This document shows, piece by piece, positions 32,793 through 43,492 of a stretch of DNA of 45,123 nt (position 1 is its first letter; the number at the start of each line of letters is the position of its first letter). This DNA is from Octopus sinensis (taxonomy: Eukaryota): positions 1 to 45,123 of the forward strand of contig NW_021834928.1 in the NCBI RefSeq assembly GCF_006345805.1, given 5' to 3'. The translations under genes were made by a program, and so were the position numbers. Below the pieces are notes generated by a model. It did no database searches, was not told where the DNA came from, and saw nothing but the letters and a program-made list of their open reading frames with translations.

Positions 32793-33308
32793 TCTATATA
32801 TATAAAACTGTAGTTGTGTGAGTGTCTGTCCCCTTCGATTTAGATTCCTAACTACTCCCACATTTTGTGGTGCAGTTTAACCAAATTCGGGTATCTTATA
32901 GTCGTGATTCATATCGAGCCCGTCTGAGTATTAGCGCGCGTCTACGCTGAGTCTACGATTTTAAAAATAATTTAACATAATTTTTTATTCCATTTTAATG
33001 CATAATTTTTCGTGTGTCGGCGGCGGCGGTGGAGTTGGCGTCCATGGTCACACCTGCACCTGTTTGCTTCTCCCCCTTCTTCCCTTCCTCGTGAAGCTGT
33101 GGGGAAGGGAGTGTAAGGAAGTCAACGTCGTAAAGCGTTGTCAAGGAGACCAGCGTTCTTTTAGAACAACGACTTCATGGCTTGAAGACACCAAAACAGA
33201 AATGGCTAAGAAAGCCCGAAGTGGCATCTATAAGGGAAGTAACTCTCTAAAAATGCTTATATAGTTATTTCCGTTACAAAACCGAGCAACGCCGGGCGAT
33301 ACTGCTAG
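32793..33308 (+). mobile_element. Non-autonomous Helitron, copy 1
   Basis: A|TC 5' end, hairpin CCGAGCAACGCCGGG, 3' CTAG. Confidence 0.88.
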
Positions 33309-33794
33309 TCTTTATATATAAAAGTAAGGTTGTGTGTCTGTCTCCTACGATTTAGATTTCTAACTACTCCCACATTTTGCGGTGCAGTTTAACCAAAACT
33401 GGGTATCTTATAGTCGTGATTCATATCGAGCCCTTCTGGGTATTAGCGCGCGTCTACGCTGAGTCTACGATTTTAAAAATAATTTGCCATCATTTTTTTC
33501 CATTTTAATGCATATTTGTTTTAAATATAAGGGAAGTAAAAATGTCTGCGATGAGTCAACGATTTAAAAAAAATTTACCATTTTTTCCCATTTTTAATGC
33601 ATTTTTTTGTTATTATATAAGGGAAGTAACTCTCTAAAAATGTATTATTAAATCTCAGAACGTAAAAACCTACAGTAACACCCCCCCCATTTGAGGTTAG
33701 CCATATTGAGATGGCTATTATACTTTACATCTCTAAAAATGCTTATATAGTTATTTCCCTTACAAACCCGAGCAACGCCGGGCGATACTGCTAG
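33309..33794 (+). mobile_element. Non-autonomous Helitron, copy 2 (head-to-tail)
   Basis: TC 5' end directly after the CTAG of copy 1; CCCGAGCAACGCCGGG hairpin; CTAG|T. Confidence 0.88.
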
Positions 33795-33949
33795 TATATA
33801 TTGAAAGCCTTCTAAACTGTAATGTTCATCCTTTTTTTTGCTTCTTTCTTCATGTTACAATTCATTTCCTTTATTCTCACTTTGTGTCCAGTGTTACTCA
33901 ATATAAATATCTGATGTCTTAAACTATTTTACTATTTCGTTTCTTCCAG

Positions 33950-34097
33950 AGTGTTAAAATGGTGCCCTCCGGGTAACGTCTTCTTGACAATGTGCTTTTT
34001 AACAAGGGGTGTAGAATCTTTAGCTGTGTCTGCACACCTAACAGCAAGCACGGCTGTCATTGGATACATTTTTAAAGACCGTGCTTCTTTAGCAATT
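33950..34097 (+). CDS. SLC18B1: SLC18B1-like, coding exon 4
   Basis: TTCCAG|(G)VLKWCPPGNVFLTMCFLTRGVESL...KDRASLAI|GTAAGT; 148 nt, phase 2-0. Confidence 0.93.
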
Positions 34098-34104
34098 GTA
34101 AGTT

Positions 34105-34334
34105 CATATCTCTATCTATCTATCTATCTCTATCTATCTATCTCTATCTATCTATCTCTATCTATCTATCTTTCTATCTATCTCTATCTATCTATCTCTA
34201 TCTATCTATCTCTATCTATCTATCTCTATCTATCTATCTATCTATCTATCTCTATCTATCTATCTATCTATCTCTATCTATCTATCTATCTTTCTATCTA
34301 TCTCTATCTATCTATCTATCTCTATCTATCTATC

Positions 34335-34381
<47 letters not shown>

Positions 34382-34456
34382 CTATCTATCTATCTATCTA
34401 TCTATCTCTATCTATCTGTCTATCTCTATCTATCTATCTATCTCTATCTATCTATC

Positions 34457-34487
<31 letters not shown>

Positions 34488-34504
34488 CTATCTATCTATC
34501 TATC

Positions 34505-34563
<59 letters not shown>

Positions 34564-34650
34564 CTATCGATCTATCTATCTATCTATCTCTATCGATCTA
34601 TCTATCGATCTATCTGTCTATCGATCTATCTATCTGTCTATCTGTCTATA
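34105..34650. repeat. (TCTA)n/(TC)n compound microsatellite
   Basis: Direct reading; begins a few bases after the exon 4 donor. Confidence 0.95.
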
Positions 34651-34734
34651 TCTATCTATCCCTCTCTCTACATCCTTTCACTCTCTCTCTCTCTCTTTTT
34701 GATTTATTATATACAATATATATTTTGTACATAT

Positions 34735-34992
34735 ATGGCCTCCGTGCCGGTGGCACGTAAAAAGCACCGCCCGATCGTGGCCGTTTGCCAACCTCGTCTG
34801 GCACCTGTGCCGGTCGCATGTAAAAAGCACCCACTACACTCACAGAGTGGTTGGTGTTAGGAAGGGCATCCAGCTGTAGAAACTCTGCCAGATCAGACTA
34901 GGCCTGGTGCAGCCTTCTGGCTCCCCAGACCCCAATTGAACTGTCCAACGCATGCTAGCATGGAAAGCGGACGCTAAACGATGATGATGATG
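34735..34992 (+). mobile_element. SINE family D
   Basis: GGCACGTAAAAAGCACC repeats, GGAAGGGCATCCAGC, (GAT)n tail. Confidence 0.8.
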
Positions 34993-35026
34993 GGGGGGGT
35001 GCTGAAAAGTTCCTGGCTTTCGGTAA

Positions 35027-35680
35027 AATAATAATAACAATGAAATTATTGTATACAGTGCTCAGGTGCACCACAACTTGTCAAAAATGCATATAAAGTA
35101 TATGCAGTAATGTACAAATGTTTGGAAACGAACAGTGTATGAGTTAGATACATGCTTGTGTGTGTATGGAGGGGACAAAATCATGTGTAGTGTTGGCAAA
35201 TCTCAGGAAGCATGGAAGTTTTGAAGGATGTAGTGCTCCGACAACTAACAACTGATGCCGGCAGTTTGTTCCACACTTCAGCAGCTCTTAGCGTGAAAAA
35301 ATGTTTCTGAAAGTCATGGGAGCTGTGCTGTTTCCTGACTTTGTGAACATGTCCACAGGTGTTAGACAGGTGGAGTTTGAAAAGGTGCTCAGAGTTATTG
35401 TTCGTAAGATGGTTAATAATTTTATGGGTGTCTGCCAAGTCAGCTGCCAGACGTCAGAGTTTCAATATATCCATGCCCAGGGAAGTAAGGCGTTCAGAAT
35501 ATGTCAAATGCCTGATGGAGGGTATTCACTTGGCTGCACGTCACTGAACGGTTTCCAGACGATTGATATCCTGGGCAAGATAGGGGTTCCAGACTGGTGA
35601 TGCAAATTCCAGGTGAGGCCACAACATAGCTATATAAAACCTCTGATAGATAGGAGAGCAGCTCACAAAGGACTTGGTAA
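35027..35680 (-). mobile_element. CR1-type LINE 3' end, same family as 19041-19483
   Basis: PHLEFASPVWNPYLAQDINRLETVQ...RRLAADL...VWNKLP. Confidence 0.9.
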
Positions 35681-35854
35681 GTGATGCCAAGACACCTTCA
35701 GATACTGATGTCATGCATATGGCACCCGTGTCAGTGCCATGTGAAAGCAGCCATGACACTCTCGGAGTGGTTGGCATCAGGAAGAGCATCCAGCTGTAGA
35801 AAACCATGCCAAATCAGATTGGATCCTGGTGCAGTGTGCCAGGCCAGTCAAACC

Positions 35855-36260
35855 TATTTATTTACTACCCACAAGGGGCTAAACACAGAGAGGACAAGCA
35901 AGGACAGACAAACGGTATTAGTCGATTACATCGACCCCAGTGCGTAACTAGTACTTATTTAGTTGATCCCAAAAGGATGAAAGGCAAAGTCGACCTCGGC
36001 GGAATTTGAACTCAGAACGTAGTGGCAGACGAAATACCTATTTCTTTACTACCTACAAGGGGCTAAACACAGAGAGGACAAGCAAGGACAGACAAATGGA
36101 TTAAGTCGATTACATCGACCCCACTGCGTAACTAGTACTTATTTAGTCAACCCCGAAAGGATGAAAGGCAAAGTTGACCTCGGCGGAATTTGAACCCAGA
36201 ACGTAGCGGCAGACGAAATACCGCTAAGCATTTTGCCCGGCGTGCTAACGTTTCTGCCAG
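35855..36260 (-). mobile_element. SINE family B dimer
   Basis: Junction CAGACGAAATACCTATTTCTTTAC at ~36027-36050. Confidence 0.82.
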
Positions 36261-36575
36261 TCAAACCATCCAACCCCTGCCAGCATGGATAATGGATGTT
36301 AAATGATGATGATGATAATGATGATAGATGTGTAAGAATGAAAAGGGTCACATGGTAGAATCGTGTCCACTGAATGGATGACATGTAATAAACAATGTTT
36401 TGTGTTGCGCCAATTGGCGTTGTTTCAGTAATGGTTACAACCCAATCATGTACATGTTTCAGGAAGAAGTTCCATTCTTACCTTGACTTTGTCAAGGTCA
36501 GTTTTGCTCTAAATCTGCATTTAATTTAATCTTTGTTGTGGTTACTCTTAATAAATTCATGCTTTCTTTTAACAG

Positions 36576-36644
36576 GGTTTTATAGAAATTTTCAGTGGCT
36601 TTGGTATGATGGCTGGACCTCCAATCGGTGGTGTACTCTATGAG
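36576..36644 (+). CDS. SLC18B1: SLC18B1-like, coding exon 5
   Basis: TAACAG|GFIEIFSGFGMMAGPPIGGVLYE|GTGAGT; MFS motif C-like GPPxGG; 69 nt. Confidence 0.94.
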
Positions 36645-36924
36645 GTGAGTATTTACATCGAAATAACATTGTCATTCATTAAAAATCTGATGAGTATCAA
36701 TAAGACCGTAGTGCTTCACTGAGGAGGTCTAATAATGCAGGAACATGTCCAGAGTTGTTCCTGTACTTTACTAAAGATCAGACTCATTACTGCAACTTTC
36801 CATTTAATTTTCAATTAACCTGGATTTCAGAATTGTCCACCTTGCCTTAATTGATAAGAACTAATCATCAGTACTTAAAGTTACCACAAATGTCACCGAA
36901 TTTTGAGATTGCAATTCAAATAGG

Positions 36925-37335
36925 CACAGGAGTGGCTGTGTGGTAAGTAGCTTGCTAACCAACCACATGGTTCCGGGTTCAGTGCCACTGCGTGGCACCT
37001 TGGGAAAGTGTCTTCTACTATAACCTCGGACCGACCAATGCCTTGTGAGTGGATTTGGTAGACGGAAACTGAAAGAAGCCTGTCATATATATGTATATAT
37101 ATATATATGTGCGTGTGTATGTGTTTGTGTGACTGTGTTTGTCCCCCTAGCATTGCTTGACAACCAATGCTGGTGTGTTTACGTCCACGTCACTTAGCGG
37201 TTCGGCAAAAGAGACCCATAGAATAAGTACTGGGCTTAGAAAGAATAAGTCCCGGGGGTCGATTTGCTCGACTAAAGGTGGTGCTCCAGCATGGCTGCAG
37301 TCAAATGACTGAAACAAGTAAAAGAGTAAAGAGAG
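36925..37335 (+). mobile_element. SINE family A
   Basis: Full-length copy upstream of exon 6. Confidence 0.9.
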
Positions 37336-37528
37336 ACCACCTGTATGAACCATGCCAAAGCAGACAATGGAGCTTGGCATACTCCTCTGGTTTGTCGGTT
37401 CCCGTCCAAGTGTTCAACCCATGCCAATATGGGAAAAGGAACATTAAATGATGATGATGATGATGATGATGATCTTTCCTATTGTATGAAATTACTATTT
37501 GCCTGATTTATTTTCCTTCTAATTCCAG

Positions 37529-37619
37529 CTTGGAGGTTTTGGTTTACCATTTTGGACACTTGGTGGCATAACAGTCGCACTGGCCTTCATTTCTTGTTTG
37601 TTGATGCCAGCAATCACAG
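37529..37619 (+). CDS. SLC18B1: SLC18B1-like, coding exon 6
   Basis: TTCCAG|LGGFGLPFWTLGGITVALAFISCLLMPAIT(D)|GTGAGC; 91 nt, phase 0-1. Confidence 0.93.
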
Positions 37620-37644
37620 GTGAGCATCATCCATTTTCTAAGCT

Positions 37645-37860
37645 CTTTTACTCTTTTACTTGTTTCAGTCATTTGATGGTGGCCATGCTGGAGTACCACC
37701 TTCTAAGTCAAACAAATTGACCTCAGGACTTATTCTTTATAAGCCTATTACTTATTCTATCGGTTTCTTTTGCTGAACCACTAAGCGACAGAAAAGTAAA
37801 CACTCCATCATCAATGGTCAAGCGATTGTGGGAGGACAAACAGACACGTAAATGTATATA
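37645..37860 (-). mobile_element. SINE family A 3' half
   Basis: Reverse tail CTCTTTTACTCTTTTACTTGTTTCAGTC about 25 nt after the exon 6 donor. Confidence 0.85.
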
Positions 37861-37945
37861 TATATATATATGGTGTGTGTGTATATATATATATATATGT
37901 ATATATATATGTGTATATATATATATGTGTGTGTATATAGCTGTG

Positions 37946-37977
<32 letters not shown>

Positions 37978-37994
37978 TATATACATATATATAT

Positions 37995-38142
37995 TGTGTG
38001 GTAAGTACCTTGCTAACCAACCACATGGTTCCGGTTCAGTCCCACTACGTGGCATCTTGGGCAAGTGTCTTCTGCTATGGCCCCGGGCTGACCAATGCCT
38101 TGTGAGTGGATTTGGTAGACGGAAACTGAAAGAAGCCTGTTG

Positions 38143-38179
<37 letters not shown>

Positions 38180-38390
38180 ATATGTTTGTGTGTCTGTGTT
38201 TGTCCCCCTAGCATTGCTTGACAACCGATGCTGGTGTGTTTATGTCCCCGTCACTTAGCAGTTCAGCAAAAAGAGACCGATTGAATAAGTACTGGGCTTA
38301 CAAAGAATAAGTCCCGGGGTCGAGTTGCTCGACTAAACGCAGTGCTCCAGCATGGCCGCAGTCAAATGACTGAAACAAGTAAAAAAAAAA
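37995..38390 (+). mobile_element. SINE family A
   Basis: Slightly 5'-truncated copy. Confidence 0.88.
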
Positions 38391-38424
<34 letters not shown>

Positions 38425-38456
38425 TTTATTCAAAAGCAGCAGAAATTCAACAAAAC

Positions 38457-38493
38457 CTGTTACTCGAAGTTTCAAGTTCCCGTTCGTCGGACA
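38457..38493 (-). ncRNA. Minimal hammerhead motif (family 4), antisense arm
   Basis: TGT / CCGACGA / ACG-GGAA-CTT / GAAAC-TTCGA-GTA / ACAG. Confidence 0.55.
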
Positions 38494-38509
38494 TTTTTTT
38501 TTAACAAAA

Positions 38510-38547
38510 CTGTCCTACGAACAGGAACGTGAAACTCCGAGTAACAG
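38510..38547 (+). ncRNA. Minimal hammerhead motif (family 4), sense arm, core mutated
   Basis: CTGT / CCTACGA / ACA-GGAA-CGT / GAAAC-TCCGA-GTA / ACAG. Confidence 0.5.
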
Positions 38548-38761
38548 GTTTTGTTGAATTTCTGCTGCTTTTAAATAAAGCATATTACTCTAACCCTGGT
38601 ATTTGAGTACTCTTTTTTCCACCTTGTTTCACATATATATGTATATATATATATATATATTGATAGAAATGGTAAGACAGCAGAAGAATGAAAGAGACCT
38701 CGATATTATGTAAATAGAGGAATTTATCTGTAAATATATGTGACAATTATTCGGTAGCCAT

Positions 38762-38823
38762 GATAAAACTCTGAGTTTCGGATGTCGGGGTGCAAAACCC
38801 ATGCCGCCATCTCTTCAATTACC
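38762..38823 (-). ncRNA. Hammerhead family 2, antisense arm (C3U core)
   Basis: GGTAA / TTGAAGA / GATG..CATC / C-GAAAC-TCAGA-GTT / TTATC. Confidence 0.65.
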
Positions 38824-38833
38824 GGGATGGCTG

Positions 38834-38893
38834 GATAACTGAAGAGATGGCGGTGTGGTTTCCGCCCCAACATCTGAAACTCAGAGTTTTATC
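38834..38893 (+). ncRNA. Hammerhead family 2, sense arm (canonical core)
   Basis: GATAA / CTGAAGA / GATG-GCGG..CCGC..CATC / T-GAAAC-TCAGA-GTT / TTATC; predicted cleavage after 38888. Confidence 0.75.
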
Positions 38894-38915
38894 ACGGCTA
38901 CCGAATAATTGTCAC

Positions 38916-38947
<32 letters not shown>

Positions 38948-39440
38948 GGCTTCTTTCAGTTTCCATCTACCAAATCCACTCACAAGGCTTTAGTCGGCCG
39001 GGCTATAGTAAAAGACACTTGCCCAAGGTGCCACACAGTGGGACTGAACCCGGAACCATGTGGTTGGGAAGTAAGCTACTTACCACACAGCCACGTCTAT
39101 CACCACCACCACCACCACCATCATGATCATCATCATCATCATCACCTCCACCACCAGGATGGAATATATATATTTGTGTGTATAGAAATCTGGTGTTTTT
39201 TGGGAAAATCCATTTAAGACTTTTGATGTGGCTTCTATTGAAATACACAGCCTTTATTTCAGTTAAGTTTTTAAAAATAAGCAATTTAAGAAAATAACTT
39301 TGTTATTATTCAGCTGGTGTTTGGAACATAAATTAACAAGAAATTAACAAGGAATTAAAATAGATCACTTTAACCCTTCTGTTACCATATTACTACTGAA
39401 ATACACTGCCTTTGTGTCAATTAATTTTGGATCAATTTAA

Positions 39441-39826
39441 CCTTTGCGTTGCTATATTTTGAGATGCACTATATTTCTTTCAATTACTTTAAATATAACA
39501 AAGAATTTAGTAAAATAACTTAGTTATCATTCAGCTAGTGTTAGGAACATAAATTGTGACTAAGGTTTGGTGGAAGATTTTGATTCAAAACTTATGAAAA
39601 CCAGATATTTGTACTACAGAGTCAGAGCTGGTTTCAGCTGGGTTGGTAACAAAAGGGTTAAATATAACAAAGAATTTAGTAAAATAACTTGGTTATCATT
39701 CAGCTAGTGTTATGAACATAAATTGTGACTAAGGTTTGGTGGAAGATTTTGATTCAAAACTTATGAAAACAAGACATTTGTACTACAGAGTCAGAGCCGG
39801 TTTCAGCCGGGTTGGTAACGAAAGGG
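39441..39826 (+). mobile_element. piggyBac-type MITE with two 169 bp units
   Basis: TTAA at 39437-39440 and 39827-39830; intact internal TTAA at the unit start; older related fragments at 39220-39435. Confidence 0.85.
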
Positions 39827-40082
39827 TTAAAACAGGAAGTTAGTTTCATATAACCAGGGCTGGTCTCAGGAGGACTGGGATCAAGAGGGTTACAAAAAGG
39901 GATTTTTGGTCATGAAAATTCAGGAACCACTGGTATAAATATTTACCCACTAACAAAATATTGGCAGCAAGCAGGAAGAATCAAGATGCTTATTAGCATT
40001 TCTTCCAACTCCTTGCATTCTGAGTTCAATTTCTATTGAAGTCAGCTTCACCTACCATCACTTTGGAGTTGATAAAATAAGG

Positions 40083-40140
40083 TATCTATCTATCTATCTA
40101 TCTGCCTATCTATCTGTCTATCTATCTATCTGTCTATCTA

Positions 40141-40223
<83 letters not shown>

Positions 40224-40400
40224 GTCTATCTAATTATCTATCTAGCTATCTGTCTGTCTATCTGTCTGTCTATCTATCTATCTGTCTATCTAATTATCTA
40301 TCTAGCTATCTGTCTGTCTATCTATCTATCTGTCTATCTAATTATCTATCTAGCTATCTGTCTGTCTATCTGTCTGTCTATCTATCTATCTATCTGTCTG

Positions 40401-40442
<42 letters not shown>

Positions 40443-40443
40443 A
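40083..40443. repeat. (TCTA)n/(TCTG)n compound microsatellite
   Basis: Direct reading; a TCTAATTATCTATCTAGCTA block recurs three times. Confidence 0.95.
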
Positions 40444-40672
40444 ATTACTGAGACTGATGTAATTGATTTGTCCTTTCATCTCAAAATTCCTGGCTTTGAA
40501 TCCTGTAATAGACTGGCACCTGTTCAGGTGAGAATGTTGTGATTTCAGTCACGGATATCCCAAGGAAACCAGGAAACCAGCCTTGTAAGATCTAGGGCTC
40601 GAGTGAAACTTATAAAAATATATGTGCTTATTGCCAGATTACTGTCTAACAAATTCTTTCTTTCGCCAACAG

Positions 40673-40812
40673 ACGACAGCGAACAGAACAACCGGTCGAA
40701 GCTTGCCATGTTGAAAAGCCCTTATATTCTGTGTGTTTCTTTCGTTATTGTTTGTTCTGCCTATATCATCACCTTCTTGGACCCGACCCTTTCACTTCAC
40801 CTGGAAAATAAG
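40673..40812 (+). CDS. SLC18B1: SLC18B1-like, coding exon 7
   Basis: CAACAG|(D)DSEQNNRSKLAMLKSPYI...ITFLDPTLSLHLENK|GTACAC; family motif FLDPTLS; 140 nt, phase 1-0. Confidence 0.93.
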
Positions 40813-40869
40813 GTACACATTAATTCTCCTTTTCTTTTGAAGCTGTTTCTGGTAAAGTCTCATTATTTT

Positions 40870-41290
40870 ATACTCTTTTACTCTTTTACTTGTTTCAGTC
40901 ATTTGACTGCGGCCATGCTGGAACACCGCCTTTAGTCGAGCAAATCGACTCCGGGACTTATTCTTTGTAAGCCCAGTGCTTATTCTATCGGTCTCTTTTT
41001 GCCGAACCGTTAAGCGACGGGGATGTAAACACACCAGCATCGGTTGTCAAGCAATGCTAGGGGGACAAACACAGACTCACAAACACACACACACATACAT
41101 ATATATTTATATACATACATATATACGACAGGCTTCTTTCAGTTTCCATCTACCAAATCCACTCACAAGGCATTGGTCGGCCCGGGGCTATAGCAGAAGA
41201 CACTTGCCCAAGATGCCACGCAGTGGGACTGAACCCGGAACAATGTGGTTGGTAAACAAGCTACTTACCACACAGCCACTCCTGCGCCTA
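40870..41290 (-). mobile_element. SINE family A
   Basis: Full-length reverse copy. Confidence 0.9.
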
Positions 41291-41334
41291 TGTTTATTTT
41301 TTTTTCCCACTAACCCTTTCATCACGTGACTGTT

Positions 41335-41835
41335 TGAGTAAAGTACATCAACATCAAAATAAAAATCAAATGGAAATTGTAGATGTGGTACCTGTGCCGG
41401 TGGCACGTAAAAAACACCATCCAAACGTCGCTTAGCTGGCGTCCGTGCCGGTGGCATGTAAAAAGCACCAACTGATTGAGGACGTTGCCAGCCTGCTCTG
41501 GCCCCTGTGCCAGTGGCACGTAAAAAGCACCCACTACACTCACGGAGTGGTTGGCGTTAGGAAGGGCATCCAGTTGTAGAAACACTTCCAGATCAGACTG
41601 GAGCCTGGTGCAGCCTCCTGGCTTCCCAGAACCCTGTCGAACCGTCCAACAAGGACAGACAAACGGATTAAGTTGATTATATCAACCCCAGTGTGTAACT
41701 GGTACTTATTTAATCGACCCCGAAAGGATGAAAGGCAAAGTCGACCTCGGCGGAATTTGAACTCAGAGCGTAGCGGCAGACGAAATACGACTAGCATGGA
41801 AAACGGACGTTAAACAATGATGATGAAGATGATGA
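41335..41835 (+). mobile_element. SINE family D with an antisense family B fragment nested near its tail (~41650-41790)
   Basis: CCGTCCAAC...TAGCATGGAAAACGGACG interrupted by family B sequence. Confidence 0.75.
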
Positions 41836-42106
41836 TAACCCATTTGTCATTAACTTAACTTTTTAATACTAATTGAACCCTTCTCTTTAATTTGTCTCTT
41901 TTTTTTTTTTTTTTTTTTGCCTGCTCCTTTGAATTTTCCATGAATTATTTCTTGGATAAATGAAAATGAGGAAATATAGGGGCAGGCATGACTGTGTGGT
42001 TTAGAAGTTTGCTTTGCAAACCAGGTGGTTTTTGTCTCCTGCCCCAGTCCAACCAATGCCTTGTGAGTAAATCCAGTAGAAAGAAAAACTGTGTGGAAGC
42101 CTGTTT

Positions 42107-42142
<36 letters not shown>

Positions 42143-42505
42143 CACAAATACATGTACAAACTCACACACAAACACAATTTGAACCCATTATTATTGTTGT
42201 TGTTGTTGTTGTTGTTGTTATTATTATTATCATCATCATTATTATTATTAATATTATTATTATTATTATCATCATCATCATTCAAATTCCGCTGAGGTCA
42301 ACTTAGCCTTTCATCCTTTCGGGGTCAATTAAGTAAGTACCAGTTACGCACTGGGGTTGATGTAATCAGCTTAATCCCCTCCCCCTCTGTAGCAAAAATT
42401 TTTGCTGCCTCTGTAGCAAAAATTTGAAACCATTATTATAATCATTATTATTATTATTATATTATTATTATTATTATTATATTATTATTATTATTATTGT
42501 TTTAG

Positions 42506-42604
42506 TACCATGTAGGTACCTTGTATGTTGGATTAATCTTCCTGGCAGCACCTGCGACTTACACCTTCTCTGCTCCTTTAATCGGATGGATAAATGACAC
42601 CTGC
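42506..42604 (+). CDS. SLC18B1: SLC18B1-like, coding exon 8
   Basis: TTTTAG|YHVGTLYVGLIFLAAPATYTFSAPLIGWINDTC|GTAAGT; 99 nt. Confidence 0.92.
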
Positions 42605-42720
42605 GTAAGTCTGTATTCGTTATACTTTATCTCTCGTTTGCTCTTTGTCTCTCATTTATTATTGTTGTCCTTCAGCTTATGTTTTTACTTGTTGCTGTCA
42701 CTCATATATATATATATATA

Positions 42721-43043
42721 CTAGCACTATGACCTGGCAACGACGGGTCATAATGCTAGTTATCTCAAATTCTTATTATTAAAGTGAAAGTAACTGACCT
42801 AAAATAGAGAAATATTTTTGTTTCACTTTTAACATGTAATACTGAAATAGTGGAGAAGATATGATATTGGTATGGGCTCGCCCTAGGCAAGAAATTGAAC
42901 ATTTTATTTTGCCCATGACACTCCCCGGACCCTAAGTAAGGCATGTGTAAAATTTAAATGAAATTGGTTGTGTAGTTCTCAAGTTTTAGGGAAACACACA
43001 GACAGACAGACACACATTCTCAGTTTTATATATATATATATAT
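42721..43043 (-). mobile_element. Non-autonomous Helitron (third family)
   Basis: Minus-strand 5' TATATATAAAACTGAGAATGTGTGTCTGTC resembles 32793; 3' hairpin ending in CTAG|T. Confidence 0.65.
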
Positions 43044-43054
43044 GTGGGTTCTTT

Positions 43055-43405
43055 TATTTGTTTCAGTCATTTGACTGCGGCCATGCTGCAGCACCACCTT
43101 TAGTCGAACATATCAACCCCTGGACTTATATTCTATCAGTCCCTTTTGCCAAACTGCTAAGTTATGTGGACGTAAACACACCAATGTCAGGTGTCAAGCA
43201 ATAGTGGTGGGGACAAACCCAGACACATAAATACATGCATACATACATATATATATATGATGGGCTTCTTTCAGTTTCCATCTCCCAAATCCACTCACTA
43301 TGCTTTGGTTGGCCCAAGGCTATAGTAGAAGACACTTGCTTAAGGTTCCATGCAGTGGGACTGAACCCAGAACCATGTGGTTGGGAAGCAAGCTTCTTAC
43401 CACAC
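43055..43405 (-). mobile_element. SINE family A, diverged
   Basis: Reverse match to the family consensus. Confidence 0.82.
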
Positions 43406-43492
43406 TATTAACCTCATATGTTTAACGTATATGTTTCATGCATTAATTATCTGGCAGCTGCAATAGCATGGTGGGGTGTATACATTCTCAAA

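Noticed and set aside
33951-34760. 269 aa ORF
   Set aside because: Only the first ~49 codons are exon 4; the rest is read-through into a (TCTA)n microsatellite.
34992-35021. Separate mariner element
   Set aside because: Only a ~30 bp TIR-like remnant (GGGGGTGCTGAAAAGTTCCTGGCTTT); too short to call.
36685-36740. CTGATGA and CTGAGGA in intron 5
   Set aside because: No stem II-GAAA-NUH arrangement follows.
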